From an uncultured Desulfosarcina sp. (GTDB lineage Bacteria > Desulfobacterota > Desulfobacteria > Desulfobacterales > Desulfosarcinaceae), in contig CAXXWQ010000004.1 in NCBI GenBank assembly GCA_963674945.2, positions 2,304,001-2,368,000 of the forward strand: DNA of 64,000 bases, read 5' to 3'. Positions 1 through 8,874 of the stretch are shown piece by piece (the stretch's first letter is position 1; every line of letters starts with the position of its first letter). Under the pieces are notes generated by a model. The model did not search any database. It was not told where the DNA came from and saw only the letters and a program-made list of their open reading frames with translations. The translations under genes and the position numbers were made by a program.

Positions 1-1108
1 TCGAATCGACCGTGTTGGCCGTGGCGATGAACATGACCTTGGACAGATCGAAGGGAAGATCCAGATAGTGGTCTATGAAGTGCGTGTTTTGCTGCGGATC
101 CAGTACCTCCAGGAGAACCGATGCCGGGTCGCCCTTGAACTCCTGGCTGATTTTATCGATCTCATCCAGCATAAAGACCGGATTGTTTGTCTCGCAACGA
201 CGAATCTCCTGGATGATTCGACCGGGCAGTGCGCCCACATAACTTCGACGGTGCCCGCGAAGCTGGGCCTCGTCTTTCATGCCGGCCAGAGATATGCGAA
301 CAAAGCGGCGCTGCATGCTTTTTGCGATGGATAATCCCAACGAGGTCTTTCCCGTGCCCGGTGGTCCGACAAAACAGATCACCGGCCCCCGGTTTTCAAA
401 GCGATGCATTTTGCGACCCAGCGCTTTTTTTACCGTGGATCGGATCTCATCGAGCTTCAGCGGTTTGGCCAGAAAATGGTAGGATCCTTTTCTCATTGCG
501 GATACGGCCGCCGGAACCGTAGCATATCCGGTAATGATGATCACCTCGGTATCCGGGTTTTTTGCTTTTGCGGCCTCCAGGACCGCCATGCCATCTGCCT
601 TATCCATTTTCAAGTCGGTTATCACGAGATCGAAAGCCCGCTTTTTCAAACACGCCATGGCTTCCAATCCGTCCATGGCGGTTTCGACTTCATACTTTTC
701 GTTTGTAAGTACGTGTTCTAAGTTTTTTCGGGTGATTTTTTCATCGTCTACTACCAAAATGGCGGGACGATACTCACAGAGCAGTATCCGCACGGCCAGA
801 TGTTCCAGCACCCGGTTTTTGACTTCCGAAAGACCGTCATGTTCCGCATCCAGCACCGATTTTGCGGCGGACAGATCGAGTCGGTCCTCGCTGCTCCGAC
901 TCCACGGAATGTTGGTCAAGTAATCCATATAATTGATGCCAATGGTATGCTCGGCGCTGCCCGGTGCCATCTTCGCGATCCGTTCAATCTCCTTTAGGGC
1001 GACCCGTTCCACATCCTGCGACATTCCTGCGGCATATACCGATCGACGGTACTCTTCGAATTCATCGACCTGCACTTCATGGACATCATCTCTTTTGAAA
1101 AGTTTCAT
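1..1108 (-). CDS. lon: Lon-type ATP-dependent protease, N-domain-less, with inserted receiver (REC) domain; 3' end runs off the window start
   Basis: Hand translation of the minus strand from ATG 1108: MKLFKRDD...KEIERIAKMAPGSAEHTIGINYMDYLTNIPW...LDAEHDGLSEVKNRVLEHLAV, then a REC domain (ILVVDDE...FDLVITDLKM...ITGY...AKP), then GPVICFVGPPGTGKTS (Walker A), RGHRRSYVGALPGRIIQ (Lon pore loop), NPVFMLDEIDK (Walker B), GDPASVLLEVLDPQQN. In-frame TAA at 1166-1168 upstream. Absent from the ORF track because its stop lies outside the window. Confidence 0.93.
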   Translation of the reverse strand, partial: MKLFKRDDVHEVQVDEFEEYRRSVYAAGMSQDVERVALKEIERIAKMAPGSAEHTIGINYMDYLTNIPWSRSSEDRLDLSAAKSVLDAEHDGLSEVKNRVLEHLAVRILLCEYRPAILVVDDEKITRKNLEHVLTNEKYEVETAMDGLEAMACLKKRAFDLVITDLKMDKADGMAVLEAAKAKNPDTEVIIITGYATVPAAVSAMRKGSYHFLAKPLKLDEIRSTVKKALGRKMHRFENRGPVICFVGPPGTGKTSLGLSIAKSMQRRFVRISLAGMKDEAQLRGHRRSYVGALPGRIIQEIRRCETNNPVFMLDEIDKISQEFKGDPASVLLEVLDPQQNTHFIDHYLDLPFDLSKVMFIATANTVDS

Positions 1109-1187
1109 GTTTGGCTTCCAGGGAAAGGTTGGCCGCCCGCCTGAGAAAAAGGCGACTTTTTGTTGTTAAAGGAAAATTCCTTACGAG

Positions 1188-1205
1188 TCTTGCATTGGTG
1201 CAAGA
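1188..1205. promoter_or_regulatory. Inverted repeat upstream of lon (possible operator)
   Basis: TCTTGCA-TTGG-TGCAAGA, perfect 7-bp arms, about 80 bp upstream of the lon ATG. Confidence 0.35.
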
Positions 1206-1396
1206 ACCGTTCACACTTGCCAAATTTTTTTCCATGGGGTTGGCACCCCTTCTTTTATTTCATAATCCAGGACCCAGTGAAGGCAAAACAGCCGAAGAAC
1301 GATAGATTACAGAGACCGCCTGTGAATTTGATTGTCTTTTATACTGTCTTATCCTGATTCTACCGCCTCGTCCACTCCCATCATCACAGGCAATCC

Positions 1397-1498
1397 GTTG
1401 CAATCCGCAACAGTCAACATGATTTTTGTAACAAAGGATAAGCTTTCGATATTGCATTGTTTTCTCTGCACGCATCTTTTTACGTTGCATATTGTAAC
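1397..1498. promoter_or_regulatory. Two candidate enhancer (UAS) palindromes GTTGC-N5-GYAAC
   Basis: GTTGC-AATCC-GCAAC at 1397-1411 and GTTGC-ATATT-GTAAC at 1484-1498, upstream of a sigma54-like promoter. Confidence 0.55.
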
Positions 1499-1578
1499 GG
1501 TTGGATGTTTTTTGGTCGGGGCGCGCAGAAAGCATAAATAAACAAATATATCTGATGCTTATGCTCCATTGTTCATGC

Positions 1579-1594
1579 TGGCACATCCATTGAA
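1579..1594 (+). promoter_or_regulatory. sigma54-type promoter (variant -12)
   Basis: TGGCAC-ATCCA-TTGAA versus consensus TGGCAC-N5-TTGCW; 70 bp before the first ATG of an operon ending in a sigma54 activator gene. Confidence 0.6.
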
Positions 1595-1664
1595 ATGGAC
1601 ATGCGCATCGAAGCCAATTCCCCGAAACCCGAAACCGAAAAATAAATCAAAAGGAGGCTTTATC

Positions 1665-1859
1665 ATGTCACACGCAATACAATGGCTGGATGCCTTTGAA
1701 CGATTGATGACAGCCGTGACCTTTGCCGAAAAAAATGATCAAAAAACCGCAAAATGGATATTGAAGTCCAAAACACCTTCCAATGTGATGATGTTCTCAC
1801 AAAAAGCCAAATCAAAACCGGTGAACCGGCCAGTTGAAAGAATGTCACTCAATCCTTAG
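1665..1859 (+). CDS. Small hypothetical protein (64 aa) with FERLMTAVTFAE motif
   Basis: Strong RBS AAGGAGG before ATG 1665; motif shared with the next ORF. Confidence 0.75.
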   Translation: MSHAIQWLDAFERLMTAVTFAEKNDQKTAKWILKSKTPSNVMMFSQKAKSKPVNRPVERMSLNP

Positions 1860-1881
1860 CAGATATTCCATCAGGGATCCC

Positions 1882-2415
1882 ATGCAAACAGTCTTATATG
1901 CCATCGATCACATGAAGCCGGACAAACAATCCCTGGCATACGCCTTGACATTGTGCCGGCGGATGATGACCAGGCTGGATGTACTGCATATCCTCCAAAC
2001 GCCGCATGGCCACCGCTATCCGCTGAAACGCATTACATCCGGTATCCTCAAGGCAAGGGATGCCTTTGAGAAGGCCATGGTAAAGGCAACCTTTGCAGAA
2101 GCCGGAGCACCGGATTACGAGAATGTATTGAAGGAAGCGGCATACGAAGCGTTTCAGCGTGTGCTGCCGGATGCCACGGATTCACGTTTCGATTATCACT
2201 GTATCGTCACCAACGAAAGCCCAGACACCGTTATCCAGCGATATGTCCATGACCACCGAAAAGTCGTCCTCGCTGTGTATGACACACCGCACATGTCCTC
2301 GTATTCCAAGAAGACTGGAAGTGCTTCGCCCCGGCAAACGGGTTTGCCGAAATTACCGATTCCGCTGGTTACGGTGAAAGATATTCGAAAGAAAATAAAT
2401 AAAGGAGACGAGTAA
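1882..2415 (+). CDS. USP-like hypothetical protein
   Basis: N-terminus TVLYAIDH...SLAYALTLCRRMMTRLDVLHI fits the universal-stress-protein beta-alpha-beta pattern; internal FEKAMVKATFAEAG motif. Confidence 0.7.
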   Translation: MQTVLYAIDHMKPDKQSLAYALTLCRRMMTRLDVLHILQTPHGHRYPLKRITSGILKARDAFEKAMVKATFAEAGAPDYENVLKEAAYEAFQRVLPDATDSRFDYHCIVTNESPDTVIQRYVHDHRKVVLAVYDTPHMSSYSKKTGSASPRQTGLPKLPIPLVTVKDIRKKINKGDE

Positions 2416-2416
2416 A

Positions 2417-2953
2417 ATGAGAAATCTATTTAAGAGAAGAAAGAAAAATAAGGCGAGCAACCATGTGCAAGACGGGAAAAAGATGGATCAAACATCTTCC
2501 GAATCGAAACAGATCGAAGGCATGAATGCACCCGGCGCAATCGAAGGTAAACTTGTCGTTATGGGCCGGGAAAGTGACTTTTCTCAGGAAGTGATAAGCT
2601 ATGCCGTCGATATGGCAAAAAGAATGTCCTTTGAAATTCTGGCGTTGAACAGTGCCCCACTCAACTGCGACGCGTTCAGTCTTTTTTCCACCTCGAAGCA
2701 CAAACTGTGCAATGAATTCAAGGCAATTTCGGAAAAAAACGCCATGGCATTCCGCCAGGCCGCCGAGGAAAACAGCATTCCATTTACCCAAATCATCAAG
2801 TTTGACGAACCGGAGAAGGCGCTTTCCGAGGTTCAGCGAGAATTCGGACAGATCGAATTTGTCATTTCCGAACCGCAATCATCACCGGACGTGAACCGTG
2901 TTTCCAATCAAAATCGCCCCCAAAACGAAGTCTTGGTCTATTCGATGATTTAA
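2417..2953 (+). CDS. USP-like hypothetical protein
   Basis: RBS AAGGAG; KLVVMGRESDFSQEVISYAVDMAKRMSFEILALN fits the USP-like pattern; 1-nt gap to the previous gene. Confidence 0.75.
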   Translation: MRNLFKRRKKNKASNHVQDGKKMDQTSSESKQIEGMNAPGAIEGKLVVMGRESDFSQEVISYAVDMAKRMSFEILALNSAPLNCDAFSLFSTSKHKLCNEFKAISEKNAMAFRQAAEENSIPFTQIIKFDEPEKALSEVQREFGQIEFVISEPQSSPDVNRVSNQNRPQNEVLVYSMI

Positions 2954-2979
2954 ACGTAAATGGGAAAAGGATCACTATC

Positions 2980-3060
2980 ATGAACTATCATTTTTTTCTA
3001 TCCATGGGATTGATCGTCGTTGCCTTCGGCATTTGCTTCTATTTCCGGAGGGAAAAATAA
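2980..3060 (+). CDS. Putative 26-aa single-pass membrane peptide
   Basis: MNYHFFLSMGLIVVAFGICFYFRREK*; AAGGA RBS upstream; hydrophobic core and basic tail. Confidence 0.5.
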   Translation: MNYHFFLSMGLIVVAFGICFYFRREK

Positions 3061-3167
3061 GTGTCCAGCCAAACCGATTTGTACCGCATTGATGAAACCT
3101 TTCCCACTACCAAGAGGCTCAGTGGGGTTTTGAATGTTTTTGTGAAAGATCGAAAGGAGATCGTTGG

Positions 3168-4979
3168 ATGACGCCCGAAATGATTTTAACCATGACAATG
3201 CTGACGTTCGCCGTCTTGTTGTTCGTGTTCGAGTGGGTGAGAGTGGATGTTGTCGGCATTATTATGATGGTCATGCTGCCGCTGACCGGCTTGATTGCCC
3301 CCAAGGAGGCATTTGTGGGCCTGAGCAGCAATGCCGTTTGTTCCATCATTGCCGTAATTATTATTGGTGCGGGGTTGGATAAGACCGGCGTGATGAATCA
3401 GGTTGCCGGGCCGATCATTAAACTGGCAGGAAACAGCGAGAGTCGAATCATTGCCCTGGTATCGGGGGCCGTCGGCATCATTTCCAGTATGATGCAAAAC
3501 ATCGGTGCGGCAGCCTTGTTCTTACCGGCGACGCAACGAATCGCAAAACGCATGGAAATTCCCGTATCGCGGATACTCATGCCCATGGGATTTTGTGCCA
3601 TCATCGGCGGCACCCTGACACTGGTGGGGGCAAGCCCAACGATACTGCTCAATGACCTGATGGTTTTGGGTGGAGAGAAGCTGGAGCCTTTCGGTCTTTT
3701 TACCCAGACACCCATCGGTCTTTGCCTGTTGGTCGCCGCCATTGCCTACTTTATCTTATTCGGTAAGTTTGTCCTGCCGGCCGGGAAGGGGACGGCGGAT
3801 CGTGGTGTGACAGCCTCATTGATGGACGAGTACAAGGCCATCGGCAATACCTTCGAGCTTCAGGTACCCGAGAACTTCGAGGGGCCCAGGACATTGCAGG
3901 AATTAGAGATCCGCTCCAAATTTCTGGTCACCATCGTCGGCATCCATCATGACGGCGAGAAAAGAATCAACCTGACCCCCAGAAGCAACAACGATATCAT
4001 GGCCAAAGATACCATCGCCGTCATGGGCAAAGAGAAAAACGTTGGCAGGATGGCCGCAGAACTGGGGTGGACGCTGAAAGAAGGCCTGGAAGTGTTTGTG
4101 GAAAGCCTGGCGCGAACCAGTGCGGGCCTTGCCGAAACCGTGGTATCGCCACGCTCTGAGCTGATCGGAAAGTCCATGGACCAGATCAATTTCAAGGAGT
4201 TGTACAACCTTAATCCGGTGGCGCTGTTCAAGGGCAATCGGATCTACTACAGCGGTTTAACGCAAATGGCCCTTTCCATGGGGGACACGTTGCTCCTCCA
4301 GGGACCATGGGAGCGTTTTCATCTGTTGAAAAACCAACCCCAACCGCGGGCGCTGACATTTGCCACACCACTGGAGGGCGAAATCTTACGGCCCCAGAAA
4401 GCGAAGTTGGCAGTATTCTGGCTGGCACTGTCGCTGCTGCAGATCATCGCTTTCAAGATCCAACTCTCCGTCGCGCTCATGTCCGGTGCCCTGGGAATGA
4501 TTATTACCGGCGTCTTGAGTATCGATGAGGCATATCATTCCGTGGACTGGATGACCGTCTTTTTGCTTGCCGGGCTGATCCCATTGGGTTTGGCTTTCGA
4601 AAAAACCGGTACCGCAGCATTCATTGCCACCAAGGTATTGGGATTGCTGGGACATCCGACACCCATTGTCTTGCTGACGGCCGTCGGCATCATGACATCG
4701 ATTTTCACCCTGTTTATTTCCAATGTCGGCGCCACTGTGCTGCTGGTCCCGCTGTGCATGAACATGGCGGTGATGGCGTCGGTGGATCCCCGCATGGCAG
4801 CGCTGGTGGTTGGGCTTTCGGCATCGAACACCTTCGTGCTGCCGACGCATCAGGTCAATGCCCTGGTGATGCGACCCGGCGGATACCGGACCGCTGATTA
4901 CGCCAAGGCAGGCTTTGTCATGACTTTCATTTTTCTAGTGGTGGAACTGACGATCATCTACTTTTTCTACGGCATTTGA
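3168..4979 (+). CDS. SLC13/DASS-family permease with TrkA-C (RCK_C) domains
   Basis: 603 aa; hydrophobic N- and C-terminal halves with MQNIGAAALFLP and ISNVGATVLLVP motifs, soluble central region, PTHQVNALVMRPGGY. Confidence 0.9.
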   Translation: MTPEMILTMTMLTFAVLLFVFEWVRVDVVGIIMMVMLPLTGLIAPKEAFVGLSSNAVCSIIAVIIIGAGLDKTGVMNQVAGPIIKLAGNSESRIIALVSGAVGIISSMMQNIGAAALFLPATQRIAKRMEIPVSRILMPMGFCAIIGGTLTLVGASPTILLNDLMVLGGEKLEPFGLFTQTPIGLCLLVAAIAYFILFGKFVLPAGKGTADRGVTASLMDEYKAIGNTFELQVPENFEGPRTLQELEIRSKFLVTIVGIHHDGEKRINLTPRSNNDIMAKDTIAVMGKEKNVGRMAAELGWTLKEGLEVFVESLARTSAGLAETVVSPRSELIGKSMDQINFKELYNLNPVALFKGNRIYYSGLTQMALSMGDTLLLQGPWERFHLLKNQPQPRALTFATPLEGEILRPQKAKLAVFWLALSLLQIIAFKIQLSVALMSGALGMIITGVLSIDEAYHSVDWMTVFLLAGLIPLGLAFEKTGTAAFIATKVLGLLGHPTPIVLLTAVGIMTSIFTLFISNVGATVLLVPLCMNMAVMASVDPRMAALVVGLSASNTFVLPTHQVNALVMRPGGYRTADYAKAGFVMTFIFLVVELTIIYFFYGI

Positions 4980-5034
4980 TGATCCCAATGGATTCGATGT
5001 CGTTAACCATCAAAATGCCGAGGATGTCGACAAT

Positions 5035-5886
5035 ATGGCAATTATTACCATCTCGAGGGGTTGTTATAGTCACGGGCAAGAAATCGCCCAGTGTGTCGCT
5101 GCCAAACTTTCATACGCGTGCGTAAGCCAGGAGGAGGTGTTACAAAATACCTCATCTTCTCATTCGCCGGAAAATCAACTGATCGAATCTCTTCACGATG
5201 CACCCGGCATTATTGAACGTATTTCCCATGCCCGCCAACGGTTTATCGACGAGTTTCAAGCCGCGCTGCTGGCCTATGTGGTAAAAGATGGCGTAGTGTA
5301 TCATGGCTTTGCCGGACAGATCCTGCTGGGCAACATTTCCCATGTAATTAAGGTTCGTGTCGTCGCGGATATGGAGGATCGGATACGGCTGTTGAAAAGA
5401 CAGCAGCATCTTACACGAAAGGAGGCACAACACATCATCGAAAAGGAGGACCACGAAAGGGCCGAATGGTACCGGACCATTTACAGAATCGATATGAACG
5501 ATCCTGCGTATTATGATATTGTCTTGCATATCGGCCAGTTGACTATACCGGAGGCATGCGATATCATCTGTCATGCAGCGGGCTTGGACAGTTTTTCGAC
5601 GACACCGGCGTCCCAGTTCGCGTTAATGGACCTATCCCTGGAAAGTAATGTTCGGTGTGCTTTGGCTGAAATCTGCAAAGCCGATGTGGTTTCAAAAGAG
5701 GGAATTGTTCACATTCGGGTAAAGGGCAACAAACTGAAAGCGGCAAGTGTTACCAGTCCTGACGTTCAGCATCAGGTACAGGACCAAATCCGGCAGGACC
5801 TGTATGATAAGATCATCTCGGTGGTAACAAAAATTCCAGAAGTGAAAGATATCGACTGTGTGATCGATATGCCCTATTATGCCTGA
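5035..5886 (+). CDS. Cytidylate kinase-like family protein
   Basis: MAIITISRGCYSHGQEIA (degenerate P-loop), KVRVVADMEDRI, YDIVLH; extra C-terminal alpha/beta (BON-like) segment. Confidence 0.85.
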   Translation: MAIITISRGCYSHGQEIAQCVAAKLSYACVSQEEVLQNTSSSHSPENQLIESLHDAPGIIERISHARQRFIDEFQAALLAYVVKDGVVYHGFAGQILLGNISHVIKVRVVADMEDRIRLLKRQQHLTRKEAQHIIEKEDHERAEWYRTIYRIDMNDPAYYDIVLHIGQLTIPEACDIICHAAGLDSFSTTPASQFALMDLSLESNVRCALAEICKADVVSKEGIVHIRVKGNKLKAASVTSPDVQHQVQDQIRQDLYDKIISVVTKIPEVKDIDCVIDMPYYA

Positions 5887-5933
5887 AATCTACTGTTTCA
5901 CCGGTTGAAATCGATTGTGTCAGAGAAATCCTT

Positions 5934-7424
5934 ATGCGGGTCAGCTATAAAAATAAAATCATTTTCGTCCTGACGATATATTTTGCCATCGGCAGTGTCA
6001 TATGGTTCTTAAACTATTTCAACAACAACCTGATTAACCATCGAATACGGGTCATCGAAAAAAAAGAGGACTTGCTGAACACGATCCTGGAGGCGCGCCG
6101 ATACGAAAAAAATTTTTTTCTGACCCAACACGAACACCACCTGGACAGCGCAATCTCCTTCATTCGGCAGGCCGAACAGAAAATGGCCGATCTGATCGAA
6201 ATGGATGAAACGGTTCCGAATGGTAAAAATATATCGTTACGGTCGCCCGATCTGGAAGAATACCGATCGGCAATGAGTTTTCTCGTGACACAACCCATAC
6301 CCGATGCAAAGGCAAATCATCTCGTCTCCTCCCATGAACGCATGGCCCAGCAGGAAATCATCCGTCGCCTGGGTCGAACCATCACCGAGACCTTCGAGTC
6401 CATGGTCCTATCGGATCGGGAACGCATCAACCGGCTGGTCCAGCGATCTCGATTCTACCACTTTGCCACTTTGATGGGAATGATCCTGATTACCACCCTG
6501 GCGGCATTGTTTTTCTTTTTCAACGTCATTCGACCGCTTAAAATGCTGGAAAAATCCATTGGCGAAATCGCCTCTGGAAACTATAAACATATCCCCTCCA
6601 TCGCCGCGGCTGTTGAATTCGAATCGCTGGTGGGAAGCCTCAACAGGATGATCGGCATGTTGAACCGGCGCAGTGAGGCGCTCATCCAGGAAAAAAAGCT
6701 GGCCGCTTTGGGAACCTTGACTTCCGGTGTGGCACATGAACTGAACAATCCCCTCAATAATATCTCCACTTCCATGCAGATCCTCCTGGAAGAGTTGGAG
6801 GATCCGGATCTCGATTACAAACGAGAGCTTTTGCAGGATTCCGAAAAGGAGGTCGAACGCGCCCGGGACATTGTCCGTGCGCTGCTCGAATTTTCCCGTC
6901 AACACGCATTCAGCATCAAGACCATACTGTTCAGACCACTCGTGGATGACACCATAAAGTTGATCAAGTGTGAGTTACCACCCTCGATAAAACTGGTTGT
7001 GGACGTCCCGCAGGATATCCGGGCCAGCGTCGATACCCGTCGCATTCAGCAGGTTTTGCTCAACCTGATTTTCAATGCCATTCAGTCCATGGAAAGCGGT
7101 GGCACCATCACCGTTCTCGCAAGGCAAAGCAGCGAAGATACCTTCTACCTCAGTGTTTCCGATACGGGAAGAGGCATCCCCCCGGAAATGCTCTCCAAAA
7201 TTTTCGATCCGTTTTTCTCCACGAAAAGTTCTCGAAGACGGACAGACTCCGATTCATCTTCCTATGACGGATACACAAATCACCAAGGAACAGGATTGGG
7301 ACTCGCCATTTGCCACGGCATCGTCGACAAACATAACGGTCGAATCGAAGTGAAGAGTAAAGTTGGCGAGGGCACCACCTTCACGGTTTATCTTCCCCTG
7401 GAAAAATCCGATGAAGTCTTCTGA
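5934..7424 (+). CDS. Membrane sensor histidine kinase (HAMP-HisKA-HATPase)
   Basis: Two TMs; H-box GVAHELNNPL, N-box QVLLNLIFNA, DTGRGI, FDPFFSTK, GTGLGL. Confidence 0.95.
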   Translation: MRVSYKNKIIFVLTIYFAIGSVIWFLNYFNNNLINHRIRVIEKKEDLLNTILEARRYEKNFFLTQHEHHLDSAISFIRQAEQKMADLIEMDETVPNGKNISLRSPDLEEYRSAMSFLVTQPIPDAKANHLVSSHERMAQQEIIRRLGRTITETFESMVLSDRERINRLVQRSRFYHFATLMGMILITTLAALFFFFNVIRPLKMLEKSIGEIASGNYKHIPSIAAAVEFESLVGSLNRMIGMLNRRSEALIQEKKLAALGTLTSGVAHELNNPLNNISTSMQILLEELEDPDLDYKRELLQDSEKEVERARDIVRALLEFSRQHAFSIKTILFRPLVDDTIKLIKCELPPSIKLVVDVPQDIRASVDTRRIQQVLLNLIFNAIQSMESGGTITVLARQSSEDTFYLSVSDTGRGIPPEMLSKIFDPFFSTKSSRRRTDSDSSSYDGYTNHQGTGLGLAICHGIVDKHNGRIEVKSKVGEGTTFTVYLPLEKSDEVF

Positions 7425-8772
7425 TAGCGATCAAATATTGGTTGTCGAGGACGAATCCATTGCCCGCCGGAACCTGGTCCACGTCCTCGAAAAGGAAGGC
7501 TATATCGTCGTTCCCGCCGCATCCGGTGTCGAGGCCTTGGATCTCATCAAATCAACGGAATTCGATCTGGTGATCACCGATCTGAAAATGGGTGAAGTGG
7601 ACGGCATGACGGTCTTGACCCAGAGCCGGAAACGAAATCCCCTGACCGAGGTAATCCTGGTTACCGGTTATGCCACGGTCGATTCGGCGGTCAAGGCCAT
7701 GAAAAGCGGCGCGTATCATTACATCGCAAAGCCTTTTAAAATCGACGCGATTCGAAAAGTCGTTGCCGAGGCCATCCTGAAGAGGAGGCTTCTGCTTGAA
7801 AACATGCAGCTTAAGGAAAAGCTCGCATCTGCGGATCATGCGCCGCTCATTATCGGTGAAAGTCCGGCGATGAAAGCGGTCATGAAAACCCTCAACCAAA
7901 TCGCGCCGGCCCTCTCTAACGTTCTGGTTTTCGGAGAAAGCGGGACAGGCAAAGAACTGGCTGCGCGTCGGATCCATTCTCTGAGTCCTCGGGCACGGAA
8001 ACCTTTTGTCGCATTTAATTGTGGTTCCTTTACTGAAGAACTCATGGCCAATGAGTTGTTCGGTCACGAGAAGGGTGCCTTTACCGGTGCGAATCGGGAA
8101 AAGGCCGGTTTGTTGGAATCGGCTGACGGAGGAACGGTTTTCCTGGATGAAATCGGCGACATGCCCCTTACCATGCAGATAAAACTGCTTCGTGTCATAC
8201 AGGAAGGGGAAGTTCTTCGTGTGGGCGGGGTGAGACCACTTTCCGTGGACGTCCGCTTTGTTGCCGCCACCCATCGTGATCTCAATGAGGATATCCAGCA
8301 GGGGCTTTTCCGACAGGATCTATACTACCGGCTCAACGTGATCACTCTCCGCATGCCCCCACTTTGCGATCGCGATGGCGACATCCCGTTATTGGCCAAC
8401 TTCTTTCTCTCTCTCAAGGCAAGGGCCATGGAAAAACAGGTCCGCGCTATCCACCCCGATGCCATGTCGCTGCTTTGTCGTTATGGTTGGCCCGGAAATG
8501 TCCGAGAACTGGAAAACGTTATCGAACGGGGCGTTGCCCTGGCTACCGGGAACACCTTTTTGTCCGATGATTTGCCCGACCACATGAAAAATCTCACCAT
8601 TGAAACCTATCGCCAGCCCAACGGTGAAATTCCGACGTTATACGAGCAGGAGCGTCGGTATATCTCCTGGGTCCTGGCAAAATGCGACGGCAACAAGACC
8701 CAGGCCGCATCCATCATGGGAATCGACCGGGTTTCCCTATGGCGAAAGCTGAAACGATTTGATATATCCTAG
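7411..8772 (+). CDS. sigma54-dependent NtrC-family response regulator (REC-AAA-HTH)
   Basis: REC DLVITDLKM; GESGTGKE; ELFGHEKGAFTGA; LFRQDLYYRL; WPGNVRELEN; Fis HTH; overlaps the kinase 3' end. Confidence 0.95.
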   Translation: MKSSDSDQILVVEDESIARRNLVHVLEKEGYIVVPAASGVEALDLIKSTEFDLVITDLKMGEVDGMTVLTQSRKRNPLTEVILVTGYATVDSAVKAMKSGAYHYIAKPFKIDAIRKVVAEAILKRRLLLENMQLKEKLASADHAPLIIGESPAMKAVMKTLNQIAPALSNVLVFGESGTGKELAARRIHSLSPRARKPFVAFNCGSFTEELMANELFGHEKGAFTGANREKAGLLESADGGTVFLDEIGDMPLTMQIKLLRVIQEGEVLRVGGVRPLSVDVRFVAATHRDLNEDIQQGLFRQDLYYRLNVITLRMPPLCDRDGDIPLLANFFLSLKARAMEKQVRAIHPDAMSLLCRYGWPGNVRELENVIERGVALATGNTFLSDDLPDHMKNLTIETYRQPNGEIPTLYEQERRYISWVLAKCDGNKTQAASIMGIDRVSLWRKLKRFDIS

Positions 8773-8821
8773 CAGAAGACAATCGCCGCGCCGATGATTC
8801 TTTACCAAGGGGACGAGTCAA

Positions 8822-8874
8822 CAACTACCCCCATAGCGGGTGGCTTGGATATTCGGCCATCGGCCGGATATCCA
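8822..8874. other. Tandem hairpins after the regulator gene (terminator or REP/IS-end-like remnant)
   Basis: CAACTACCC-CCATAGC-GGGTGGCTTG followed by TGGATATTCGGCC-ATC-GGCCGGATATCCA. Confidence 0.35.

Noticed and set aside
68..1169. Plus-strand ORFs listed at the window start
   Set aside because: Shadows of the minus-strand Lon-REC gene.
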